A DNA stretch of 64,000 nucleotides, from positions 32,001-96,000 of the forward strand of contig JBEKIG010000015.1 in NCBI GenBank assembly GCA_050011875.1, given 5' to 3'. The notes beneath the pieces were generated by a model, which was not told where the DNA came from, searched no databases, and was given only the letters and a program-made list of their open reading frames with translations. A program made the translations under genes and the position numbers. This DNA is from Nitrososphaeria archaeon (GTDB taxonomy: Archaea; Thermoproteota; Nitrososphaeria; JACIWG01). Positions within the stretch are counted from its first letter, which is position 1. Each line of letters opens with the position of its first letter. This document shows positions 28,849 through 38,085 of this stretch, piece after piece.

Positions 28849-29025
28849 TTTGGCTCAATCAAAAAAAAATCGGAAACGCTATCGATAAACATTCTGCATG
28901 TTGGCTCTGCAAGATCCCCCTGTGCAATATCGTGCATCATATCGCTCTCATGCAGAACGCATTTAAGTTGAGCCAACAGGAAATAGTTATCGATAGCATT
29001 TTGTTTTAAAACGTGTTGAGCCAAA
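28849..29025. repeat. Nested imperfect inverted repeat
   Basis: TTTGGCTCAA/TTGAGCCAAA, GCTATCGATAA/TTATCGATAGC and TGTTGGCTC/GAGCCAACA arranged symmetrically. Confidence 0.8.
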
Positions 29026-29176
29026 CCAAATTTAGATGTTTGTCTTTAACATATCAGAAGCTCAGTTTAAGGTCATGTGCGGAAACCAAGAGGCCATGCA
29101 AAAGAACATTCAGGCCTCACTGAATGAGATAAAGAACCTGAAGCAGGACCTATATAGAAAGGGCAATATTTAGGAT

Positions 29177-29376
29177 ATAACCAAACTGGTTATATAACCA
29201 AACTGGTTATGTGCCCCTTACGTTTACCATATTAGTAAATGGCTCCCGAGCCAGGAGCCAGACTCGTTTCATAGCAAAAAAATCGCATGTTTTATCACTA
29301 TTTTTTTTAGGTAAATTTGGACTTGAAACGACCTTAAAAACTGTTTACCAATCTGGGAAATAACCAAATTGGTTAT
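29177..29376. repeat. Array of 17-bp palindromes (ATAACCA-N3-TGGTTAT and variants)
   Basis: Exact tandem copies at 29177-29193 and 29194-29210, a third copy at 29360-29376, variants at 29223-29239 and 29344-29360. Confidence 0.85.
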
Positions 29377-29714
29377 GACTTATTCCTTACCGATAATATG
29401 AAGTATGCTATCTCACAGATAAGTACGACTACGGAACCAACCCCAATAATCCAGATGAATAATGTGATGGAATCATCATTCTTTTTAAAATACCTCATAC
29501 ATCTGCTCTATGACCTTGCGTAATGTGCCCTTATCGGGGTACATCTAACTTAGGAAAAATCGTAGCCGAGATTTTGGCTAAATGAGTTGGGAATCTAATA
29601 ATAGCCTCGATCGATCGGGTGCACCAAATTCCAATGTTTCACGACAAGTCTTGATTCATTCGAAATAGTTAACCTTTTAAATGCAAACAAAGTATTGATA
29701 AATGGGTAAGCACT

Positions 29715-30269
29715 ATGGATTTATTCGAAGTCATTGATAAAAGAAGGAGCATACGCAATTTCAAGAATGAACCTGTAGCTACAGAGCATTTGAGAAAGAT
29801 TTTGGAGGCTGGACGTTTAGCACCATCAGGTGGCAACCGTCAACCATGGTATTTCATAGTAGTCAGAGATTTAGAGACAAAGAAGGCGGTATCCGCTTCA
29901 AGCAAGATGGAGAGGAATCAAAAGCTCCTTTCCAGTGCAGATACGATAATTGTATTGGTAAGTAACCCAGAATTGGAGAAAGAACATAGGTCTCCGTTTG
30001 TTTGCTCAGAAAGATCTTGGTACAAACAGGATCCGATGTTAGCTGGAGAACATATGGTTCTAGCTGCGACTGCACTTGGGTATGGGACGTGTTGGATCGC
30101 AGGTTTTAATGATTTTGAAGTTAAGAAGATTTTAAAGATTCCTGAAAATCTAGCAGTTATCGCGCTAATTGCCATTGGTATCTCAAATGAGAGCCCACCC
30201 CCAAGAGCTTTAAAAGCATTCAAGGAAACTTTCTTTAAAGACTCCTTTGGAATTCCATTAGAACTATAA
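29715..30269 (+). CDS. Nitroreductase family protein
   Basis: RRSIRNF, APSGGNRQPW, LAATALGYGTCWI. Confidence 0.92.
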   Translation: MDLFEVIDKRRSIRNFKNEPVATEHLRKILEAGRLAPSGGNRQPWYFIVVRDLETKKAVSASSKMERNQKLLSSADTIIVLVSNPELEKEHRSPFVCSERSWYKQDPMLAGEHMVLAATALGYGTCWIAGFNDFEVKKILKIPENLAVIALIAIGISNESPPPRALKAFKETFFKDSFGIPLEL

Positions 30270-30297
30270 TTGGATAATTATCATTGGTTCTTTATTC

Positions 30298-30645
30298 TTA
30301 ATGTGTTGGCAGCCTTATTATGGCTTCATCCGTTGGCAGTTCTCTCACGTATTCCCACCCCTGCAGTATCCAGTTCCTAACCTCATTAGTAGGAACAATT
30401 TTTTGACGGGAATTGCCATTTAGTCCAAGTGACTGCATTGATTTCTTGTTGAATAGTTCCTATAGCTGCTTCGGTGAAAACTTCGACAAGTCCCCAAGCT
30501 CCTTAATTTCTTCTTCAGTATAGCCAGCTATCTTCAAAAATTGACGATTAAATGTTGCAATAACTTCGTCTTGGCTCAATGCTCCTTTATTGGTTGTAAC
30601 AAGATACTTCTCAGCCGCCTTTGCATAGGCCTCCCGCATCTTCTC
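30298..30645 (-). pseudogene. C-terminal remnant of an archaeal tyrosine integrase
   Basis: EKMREAYAKA...RQKIVP..EV..WI.QGWEYV..LP..EAII.LP, recalled as the tail of a tRNA-targeting archaeal integrase family; internal TAG at 30460-30462; abuts the tRNA-Ala 3' end. Confidence 0.65.
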
Positions 30646-30664
30646 CTAACAAATTTCTAATTAG

Positions 30665-30763
30665 TGGACCAGGCGGGATTCGAACCCGCGACCTCACGGA
30701 TGCAGTCCGGAAAACTTCTTTGGAAGTCTTTAACCGTGCATTCTACCCCTGAACTACCGGCCC
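30665..30763 (-). tRNA. tRNA-Ala(TGC) with a 27-nt intron at position 33/34 (30705-30731)
   Basis: G3:U70 acceptor stem GGGCCGG/CTGGTCC; removing AAAGACTTCCAAAGAAGTTTTCCGGAC restores CACGG-TT TGC AT-CCGTG; BHB-like motif. Confidence 0.9.
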
Positions 30764-30945
30764 ACATTTTAGGTAATCTGTTTACCATATTTATACATAA
30801 ATCTTTGTTCTTAAAAAGTTTGAAACTATATGTTAAGACACTAAATTCGATAATAATTCAATATTATTAATACTAGCACTTTTGAGAACGTCTTTTAAGG
30901 TAAAAATTTTGGAAGGGAATCCGACTGTCATGTTAGGTTCGAGAG

Positions 30946-32202
30946 CTAAAATATGGAGAGCCTTGAGGATAATAGTGGAACAATTATTTCTTCTGCGGTC
31001 ATTCCTCCATGAGCGCCCAGAAGCGGTCTACTTCTGTCTTCATCAAAGTAAGGATACTGCAGAGCATTGTTACTTCGACTAAGCGCAATCACATCCCCTA
31101 CCGTTGTTTCAAGTGATTTCGAATTATCTACTTTTCCAAAAGCTCCCCGCATGATCAATTCTCTAGAATTGTGCAGGCTAAATCCATCCATTTTCTTTTC
31201 AAAAGCGTCTTTGAGGAGTTCTATTTGTCCGTTTTTTGAAAATAAGAAAGTAGCTCTGCTATCTCCGACAGGGGGCAGTAAAAGGTTTTCAAGGATTTCA
31301 GGATAGTCTTTAAAGAAGTAAATACCTGATACTTCTGAAACTCCATGGTCTGCTGTTAAAAGGATCAGCGTTTTTTTCTTTGTATCTTTGGATAATTTAT
31401 TGAAAAGCGTGTTTTTTAAGTTGTATTCCAGTGATTGAAGCACAGAAGTAGCCTCCTCGGAGTATGGTCCATACCTATGTGCTAAAGCGTCGAAGCCGCT
31501 GTAATACATGACAACAAGAGCACGACTTGAATTTTCCAGTTCGTTCCTGCAACGTGTGAGCATATCCGACTCCAAAATGTAAGGAGCCACTTCTAGGTCT
31601 CTATGTATCACTCTGGACAAGCCACTTTCTACTATGGAACCCCTTGTCACAACCACGGCTTTAATGTTATAGTTTTTAAATGAGGACATCCATGGTTTGA
31701 CTTTCTTTGAGTACTCTTCAGCGATGTCGATCCTATTGCTGACACCGTAGACCGGCTGCATACTTAAAGTGTTAAAGATTAAGCCATACTCTTTTGAAAA
31801 CATCTGGTACCCTATTATGTTATGCTCCGACGGAGACATACCGGTAAAGATGCTTGTTAAAGAAGTTGACGTTGTCGCGGGAAATGTGCTCGTTAAAGGC
31901 TTTGAAGTGCCTTTCTCAGCTAAATACGATAATACTCCCCTATTGCTAGCAATGTACATCAGAAAGCGGCTGTAACCTAAACCGTCAATTATCAGAAGGA
32001 GGACTTTATCAACACCTTGGAGATCATCTAGGTAATCCTCAGGAAACTTGAATGAGACGAGAGAGTCGATGCCGTAAATTCCACCAATGATTGAAGAAAT
32101 GTTTCTTACATTGAAGTTTTGGTAGTCCGGTAAAACGAAATCATCAAGAAAGGAATGGTGGCCTACAAAATCGGTCATTTCATCTTTAAGTTTTGTGTCC
32201 AT
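30946..32202 (-). CDS. Alkaline phosphatase superfamily (nucleotide pyrophosphatase-like) protein
   Basis: IIDGLG, STFPATT, DALAH.YGP, TADHG, GAHGG. Confidence 0.88.
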   Translation of the reverse strand: MDTKLKDEMTDFVGHHSFLDDFVLPDYQNFNVRNISSIIGGIYGIDSLVSFKFPEDYLDDLQGVDKVLLLIIDGLGYSRFLMYIASNRGVLSYLAEKGTSKPLTSTFPATTSTSLTSIFTGMSPSEHNIIGYQMFSKEYGLIFNTLSMQPVYGVSNRIDIAEEYSKKVKPWMSSFKNYNIKAVVVTRGSIVESGLSRVIHRDLEVAPYILESDMLTRCRNELENSSRALVVMYYSGFDALAHRYGPYSEEATSVLQSLEYNLKNTLFNKLSKDTKKKTLILLTADHGVSEVSGIYFFKDYPEILENLLLPPVGDSRATFLFSKNGQIELLKDAFEKKMDGFSLHNSRELIMRGAFGKVDNSKSLETTVGDVIALSRSNNALQYPYFDEDRSRPLLGAHGGMTAEEIIVPLLSSRLSIF

Positions 32203-32209
32203 ATGCTCT

Positions 32210-32521
32210 TCAATCCTCTGTCAGTGTCAATATTCTTTTAAAGGTTCCAATCTGTGCTATTAGCACTGATGTAGTCCTGCCTCTCTTATCTCCCGAAAGA
32301 AAGATTTTCCTCAGTTCATCCTTCGTAGGCACTCTTTCATCTTTGAGAGATGGCGTTTCTTGGACTCCTCTAATCTTCGGTCTAGTCTTTAAATCTCTAT
32401 CGTTGAAAGAAAGACACGAGCGTACAGCCTTCACATTTTAGTTAACATATCCACTTGCAAAACCCTTTTTCTCCAAATCACTCACAAAATCCATCAAAAC
32501 AGCCTTAATCTTGGAATTCTC
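32210..32521 (-). pseudogene. N-terminal/core-binding remnant of an archaeal tyrosine integrase
   Basis: LMDFVSDLEKKG.ASGYVN*NVKAVRS.L...TPSLKDERVPTKDELRKIF; internal TAA at 32438-32440; abuts the tRNA-Ile 3' end. Confidence 0.7.
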
Positions 32522-32531
32522 CGTTTTAGAA

Positions 32532-32606
32532 TGGGTCCAGCCTGATTTGAACTGGCGACCTTTCGGTTATCAGCCGAACGCTCTAACCAAACTGAGCTAT
32601 GGACCC
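32532..32606 (-). tRNA. tRNA-Ile(GAT)
   Basis: TTCGG-CT GAT AA-CCGAA; one A-A mismatch in the T stem. Confidence 0.93.
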
Positions 32607-32895
32607 ATCATAGGTGCAAGGCAAATCTGACTAATATAAAATTTTTGTACGCTCTTGCCAATCATTGGAGCAATTTAAGAAAGCACATCATGCTCAGAAG
32701 AACTCCCTGATATCATTCGACTTATGCATCCTTCTTAAGAGTACCCATCTTCCAAGTGCATCAGCCGGAAGTCGCATTTTTTAATTTGTTCGTTTAATGG
32801 AAATACTTTAAAATATTTACTGAAATCATTATTTTTGACTACTCAAGATTGATATCTAAAACGTCTAGATACCCTTAATTACTGCCCTAACGCGG

Positions 32896-33717
32896 ATGAT
32901 GGAGAATATCATGGATGATGATATTAAGATAGATAAGAAGGTTAATCCTCGACAAGCTAACATGGTCATAGGTTTGAGCGGATGGGGGAATGCAGGGGAG
33001 ACTTCAACTTTTACTGTTAGGTATTTAGTGGATAAGCTGGGCGCCAAGAAATTTGGTGAGATTGCACACGATAAGTTTAATGATTACTGGATTCAGAGAC
33101 CGATTGTTTTGACACAGAAGGGCCTGATAAAGTCATACGTTCAACCCAGAAATGACCTCTTCTATTGGAGAAATAAGGAAAGAGGAGGAGATTTGGTACT
33201 GCTAATTGGATTTGAACCGCACCTAAATTGGTCGAAGTACACGGAAAACGTTCTCAAGCTAGCTGAGGAAATGAATGTAAAGAGGATCTATACAATAGGA
33301 GGATATCTTGCAGACATCCCACAGGGCGTTGAAACTCCGATAACATCTTCAACAAATAATAAGGGGCTCCTTCCTGAACTTGAAAAGGCTGGATTTGAAC
33401 TTACAGACTATGAGGGCCCCACAAGTGTGTACAGTGAGTTGCTCTGGAAGGGTGGGGAGAAGAAAATCGATGTGGTGAGTCTCTGGTGTGTGGTCCCAGT
33501 TTACGTTAAGGGACTGTATCCTAAAGCTGCTTACGTTATACTTAACAAGATTTCAAAGCTTATCGGTTTAAAACTTGACCTAGAGGACCTAAAGGAAAAG
33601 GCTGAGTCCTTCAAAGTTGAGCTTGAAACCGATTCGACAGATCAATCTCAATCCGGCGACATCATGGAGAGCCAAAGTCAAAGTCGTCAAGAAAGAGAAC
33701 CTACATATTTCGGCTAA
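32896..33717 (+). CDS. PAC2 (proteasome assembly chaperone) family protein
   Basis: GWGNAG, D...QRP, G.EPHL.W, YEGPTS, SLW..VP.Y; start may lie slightly downstream. Confidence 0.85.
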   Translation: MMENIMDDDIKIDKKVNPRQANMVIGLSGWGNAGETSTFTVRYLVDKLGAKKFGEIAHDKFNDYWIQRPIVLTQKGLIKSYVQPRNDLFYWRNKERGGDLVLLIGFEPHLNWSKYTENVLKLAEEMNVKRIYTIGGYLADIPQGVETPITSSTNNKGLLPELEKAGFELTDYEGPTSVYSELLWKGGEKKIDVVSLWCVVPVYVKGLYPKAAYVILNKISKLIGLKLDLEDLKEKAESFKVELETDSTDQSQSGDIMESQSQSRQEREPTYFG

Positions 33718-33879
33718 AATTCTAGCCTTCAAAGCATAGATTTTAATGATTGTAGCCAGTAAAACTTAAAACCAAGATCTGATCCAAAAATGGCAGCAAT
33801 AACTTCGAGTTTTTTGGCTAATAACACAATAGGTAGCCGTGGTCGTTTTATAGTCACTTCTTTCATATTCTAAAAGAAG

Positions 33880-33955
33880 TGGGCCGGCCAGGATTCGAAC
33901 CTGGGATTTACGCCGTGTAAGGGCGTCGTCTTAAGCCGAGCTAGACCACTGGCCC
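33880..33955 (-). tRNA. tRNA-Val(TAC)
   Basis: ACGCC-CT TAC AC-GGCGT, GTTCGAATC T-loop. Confidence 0.95.
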
Positions 33956-34029
33956 ACGCTGAAATATGCCTTATCCAAATTTAAAGCCTTTTGCATCAAA
34001 TTTAAAGAGATTCAATTTAAGGTAACAAC

Positions 34030-34899
34030 TTAAATGGGGTTTCCAGGGAACAAAGGCCTGCAGCCTTCTTTTCTTGCGTACTCTACGACCTTCTTCTGAT
34101 CATTTTCACCCAGTTTCTCGAATTTTTTCCCTGCCTCTAGGATCATAGGCCACAGTTTTATGTCACTGGCCAAGGAATATGTTGTCACGCCTTCTTGAGA
34201 GAGTGTGAAGTTTACAAACATTTCAATTTCTTCTTTAGTGTTGGATGGCAGGTACCATGTTTTGAATGTCCTTTCCCCGGGGTATCTTCTACGGCTTACA
34301 GCCTTTATCGCAGTTATCCCAATATTATGGTCTCGAGCAGCCTTTAACACCGGTCTGAAATCGTTCTCCGGTGCAGGATGAGCCATAGCAGCCGCGTTTA
34401 TCGGAAGCAGCAATCCATCGAAATCGAACATCTGTAAAGCCTTAAGATGAACTCTAACGTCGGCGTGGCCGGTTAAACCGATGTACTTTATCAATCCGGT
34501 TTCCTTTGCTTCCTTGAAAGCTTCAAGTGCACCATCTTTGCCCATTATCTTTTCAAGCTCTTCCATTGTGCTAACCGCGTGCATTTGGTACAGGTCAAAA
34601 TCCTTCACACCCAACCTTTCCAAGGAGCGTTCAAGCTCTTTGCGAGCGCCTTCCTTCGTTCTTTCTAGCGTTTTCTCTGCCAAGAAGAACTCGTTCCTAT
34701 GCTTTTGAAGCATCTTCTTTAGCCTCAGCTCTGCGTCATGGTAGCTGGGAGCTACATCGATCATGTTTATACCATAATTTAATGCCAAGGCTATAGCTTC
34801 ATCAGCCTCTTCTTGCGATATTTTTCCTAAGCCAGCTCCACCCAAGGTTAAAACTGTAACGGGACATCCAGTTCTTCCATATACTCTCTTTTGCAACAT
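34030..34899 (-). CDS. Aldo/keto reductase
   Basis: GRTG, IDVAPSY..AE, SLERL..DLYQMH, IGLTGH. Confidence 0.9.
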   Translation of the reverse strand: MLQKRVYGRTGCPVTVLTLGGAGLGKISQEEADEAIALALNYGINMIDVAPSYHDAELRLKKMLQKHRNEFFLAEKTLERTKEGARKELERSLERLGVKDFDLYQMHAVSTMEELEKIMGKDGALEAFKEAKETGLIKYIGLTGHADVRVHLKALQMFDFDGLLLPINAAAMAHPAPENDFRPVLKAARDHNIGITAIKAVSRRRYPGERTFKTWYLPSNTKEEIEMFVNFTLSQEGVTTYSLASDIKLWPMILEAGKKFEKLGENDQKKVVEYARKEGCRPLFPGNPI

Positions 34900-35006
34900 T
34901 TAACCTAATACTTGGCATGTAGATATAAATTTTTGCTTGGACATTCCACCTATCTGGGATATCAAATCCTTCTTCTAAGACATCAATGTTTAAAACTATG
35001 ACAGTA

Positions 35007-36164
35007 CTATTTGAAGGGGAGAAGGTCTTTAGGGTTCTTTGAAATTGCCTTCGTCAATACGTCTTCTATTACCCCCCTATTTCCTTCAGGATCGTACATC
35101 GCCCTAAGTAGCCTTTCATTGTCCAAGTTGTCAACGATTTCGCAGAGCGTTCTAACACTGTTCATATTCAAAATCAAAGCCGTCTTAACTGGCATTCTCT
35201 CTGGATTGATGTCGATACCAAACCTTCCATCATACCCCTGTAGCTTTAATACGAAAAGCGTCGAAAGCTCTTCACTTAAAGAGAGCACCCCAACATTCAG
35301 GTCTTGATCATAATTCCCCAATGGTTGACTGTTCCAGTGCATATGGGCAAGTCTGCCTTCACGTAAAACAGAAGCAACTGCATACGCAAGATCTTCGTGA
35401 CCCATAAGAACATGCCCTATTTCAGGGTTAAGTGCTACAAGAGCATGACCTTTCTCTAGTATTTTTCTGTTTTCAGGGTCCTTTAACCGTTTTTCCACAT
35501 TCCTAGCCATAAGTAAGCCGTTTGCAGTGTTTCTGTAAATATTGTTTCCTCTAGGCTCATATGGTTTAGGTTCAACGGCAACCCTAACCCCTGGAACTTG
35601 ATCCATTGCATTAGCTAATCCCGATTCAAACTTCTCCCACATACCAAAGAAATCCTGTCCAAACGGGTTTTCATAGCCGTCTGCACCTGGCCAGATCACC
35701 ATGAATTCTGTATCTAACTCTTTGTTTAGCTTCAAGGTTTGTATAGTCCTATCTACTGCCTCTTTTCTCTTTTCAGTATTAGGATTTGATAAAGAACCTA
35801 GTTCGAACCTTTTTTCATAGAATAGGTTGGGTACAACCGTAACAACCTTGATTCCAGTTTCCTTCTGAAGTTTTTTATAGAGGTCTATGTTCTTTGGATT
35901 TATCTCATTCGGGTAATGAGCTTCCAATCCGAAATCGTTACCGATCAATTTTTCATCGTACATTTGAGATATTATATGCAGTGCGTCCTCTATCCCGCCC
36001 TTTTCGATGAATGCTTCATGGAATCTTATTGCGCCTGGAAAAAAGAACCATACACCAGCGGAGAAGTGTGGCGACAGTCTTCCCCCTTTAAGGCGTTCCG
36101 ATGCTTCCTTCTGATCTAGAATTTTAGTTTGGTTTCTGATATCCCTTATCATGGCCGTAATCAC
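35007..36164 (-). CDS. Xylose-isomerase-like TIM barrel sugar isomerase
   Basis: WPGADG, EPKPYEPR, NPEIGH, YDQDL metal ligands typical of the XylA/L-rhamnose isomerase superfamily. Confidence 0.85.
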   Translation of the reverse strand: MITAMIRDIRNQTKILDQKEASERLKGGRLSPHFSAGVWFFFPGAIRFHEAFIEKGGIEDALHIISQMYDEKLIGNDFGLEAHYPNEINPKNIDLYKKLQKETGIKVVTVVPNLFYEKRFELGSLSNPNTEKRKEAVDRTIQTLKLNKELDTEFMVIWPGADGYENPFGQDFFGMWEKFESGLANAMDQVPGVRVAVEPKPYEPRGNNIYRNTANGLLMARNVEKRLKDPENRKILEKGHALVALNPEIGHVLMGHEDLAYAVASVLREGRLAHMHWNSQPLGNYDQDLNVGVLSLSEELSTLFVLKLQGYDGRFGIDINPERMPVKTALILNMNSVRTLCEIVDNLDNERLLRAMYDPEGNRGVIEDVLTKAISKNPKDLLPFK

Positions 36165-36262
36165 TTAGTGCAGAAATTTAAGTTTTAGTTCTTTATACAT
36201 TTTGCACGTTCAAGAGAATTACACAGACTGTCAATTGTTAATAAAGAATTTCTTCTACACAT

Positions 36263-36568
36263 TTATGGCAACTTAGCCTTTTTACACCAGTGTCTTATCA
36301 TGACTTTTCCCACAGGGTCATACTTCACGTTTTTGCCACATTTTTCACAGATCTTCTTTTCAGTGAATCTTTTGTCGTTATCCTCTTTCCAGTAAGTGAA
36401 TTGTTCACTACAGCTACGCCATTCTTTTGTATTACATATCTTTTGAACGTACTCATCTGTGAGATAGTAGAAGCCGTCTGGCCGTTCCCCCCTCTTCCCT
36501 TCTACGAACCAACTCATCAATCGACACCTAGACTGGTAGGGACACTGCTGTGGAACCGATGATGGCAT
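36263..36568 (-). CDS. Small Cys-rich hypothetical protein (putative Zn-binding)
   Basis: CPYQSRC...C.TKEWRSC...CEKC...HWC; GGAG SD-like sequence before ATG 36568. Confidence 0.6.
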   Translation of the reverse strand: MPSSVPQQCPYQSRCRLMSWFVEGKRGERPDGFYYLTDEYVQKICNTKEWRSCSEQFTYWKEDNDKRFTEKKICEKCGKNVKYDPVGKVMIRHWCKKAKLP

Positions 36569-36753
36569 ATTCTCCCCCTTTTCCAATGCTATTCTATATT
36601 TAAGGTTACGCCTTTTTTCTAAAAAAATAATGTTGTAATTGTGCAACTTTAAACGCTTCTTTAAGCCTTTCTTAAACACCCCATCGAAGGCTAGACAACC
36701 TGAAGTAGCCTCTTTATTCTACCAATCGTGAAATTGAAGGTTTATCGTCCCAG

Positions 36754-37362
36754 TTATGCGGCCACAATGAAGTGTTCTAACCCGATTATTATGTACTGGA
36801 CTGCTATCGCGGCTATAAACAATGACATGACACTTGCTATAACCAACGATCCTGTTTTGCCTAGGAATCGGTAGATTGAACCGGTGAATCTAAGAATAGC
36901 CCATGTGAGAATCAGTACAATAAACACCGCCATGGCTGTTACGATCACACCGTAGGCTTGAAGGTTGAGTATAGTCGTGGTAATCGCACCTGGGCCAACT
37001 AGAAGAGGTATAGCTATTGGAACAGCACCGACGCTTGCGGGTGATTCTAAGTTTTCATGGAAACCACCAGAGAACAAAATTCTAATCGATATTATCAAGA
37101 GAAGAATGCCTCCTGCAATTTCAAAGCTATATATGGATATACCGAAGATAAGGAAGATTTCTTGTCCAGTAAAAGCGAAGACGAGCAGAAGAATGAAGCC
37201 TACAAGGGTAGCTACGTCAAACACTTTCCTCCTTTGGAGCTCCGTCATCTTCTCAGTCAACCCCATGAAAACGGGAATGTTTCCAAGAGGGTCAACTATG
37301 ATAAAGAGCACTATTGCAGCCTTAGCGAGATTAAAGATGATGTCAAACAGAGATGAAAACAT
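36754..37362 (-). CDS. MarC family membrane protein
   Basis: LFIIVDPLGNIPVF, FEIAGGILL, VPIAIPLLVGPGAIT. Confidence 0.92.
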   Translation of the reverse strand: MFSSLFDIIFNLAKAAIVLFIIVDPLGNIPVFMGLTEKMTELQRRKVFDVATLVGFILLLVFAFTGQEIFLIFGISIYSFEIAGGILLLIISIRILFSGGFHENLESPASVGAVPIAIPLLVGPGAITTTILNLQAYGVIVTAMAVFIVLILTWAILRFTGSIYRFLGKTGSLVIASVMSLFIAAIAVQYIIIGLEHFIVAA

Positions 37363-37602
37363 AAATTCATCTTCCTCTCCAAATCTCTATTTAAGAGCCA
37401 CTTAAAATATTAACCGCCACAACTTTATTTTATTATAATATTTCCATAGATTTTTTATTTAACACATCATGTCAATGCTCTTGTTAGACGGAAACTATCA
37501 ATGATTAAATGTAGAGTGTGATGAATATTCTCGAAGATCAAGAAAAATCACGTATAAGAACAAATAGCGCTGTAATAAATAAAGTCGACATGACCAGTAA
37601 AA

Positions 37603-37691
37603 TGGCGCCGGGAGTGGGACTTGAACCCACGAGTCCCGTGAGAGACGCAGGGTTAGCAACCCTGTGCCCTACCTAGCTGGGCGATCCCGGC
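37603..37691 (-). tRNA. tRNA-Ser(GCT), CCA encoded
   Basis: CAGGG-TT GCT AA-CCCTG, long variable arm. Confidence 0.95.
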
Positions 37692-37750
37692 AAGATTCAA
37701 AGATGCCCGCTGACAAAGATTTGCTTTAAACCCTCTTTATATATTTTAAT

Positions 37751-38065
37751 GGCGATAGACCCATTTGAGTTCGCGCCTAAACAGGGCCTATTAATCCTAT
37801 CCAATCCCCCACGTAGACGTGGCAGCGTGAATGCCCCACCTTAGGACTGCTCCCTCCCGGACCTCGTCCAGTTCGATGGCTCAAAGTCAAAACCCCCCCT
37901 TCGGAGAGCTTGCTTTTTACACCCACCCACCACGGCGCGGGTTCGTCTTGGAGTTGGACTAACGGTTTCCTTGTTCAAGCGTTTTACCAAATGGTTGCTG
38001 ACCTCCGTTGTAGCCGGCTACGGAATGAATAGGAGGCGGCTATTCTCCCGATCCTACCTATCGCC
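37751..38065 (-). ncRNA. ffs: Archaeal SRP (7S) RNA
   Basis: Terminal helix GGCGATAG/CTATCGCC, about 315 nt, helix-8 motif CGAGGTCCGGGAGGGAGCAG. Confidence 0.9.
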
Positions 38066-38085
38066 ATTAAAAAATCTAACAAGTG

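Noticed and set aside
29177-29376. CRISPR array
   Set aside because: Repeats are 17 bp, abut directly or are irregularly spaced, have no unique 30-45-nt spacers, and no cas genes are in the window.
32660-32720. C/D-like boxes on the minus strand upstream of tRNA-Ile
   Set aside because: The C box is degenerate and no correctly spaced D box is present.
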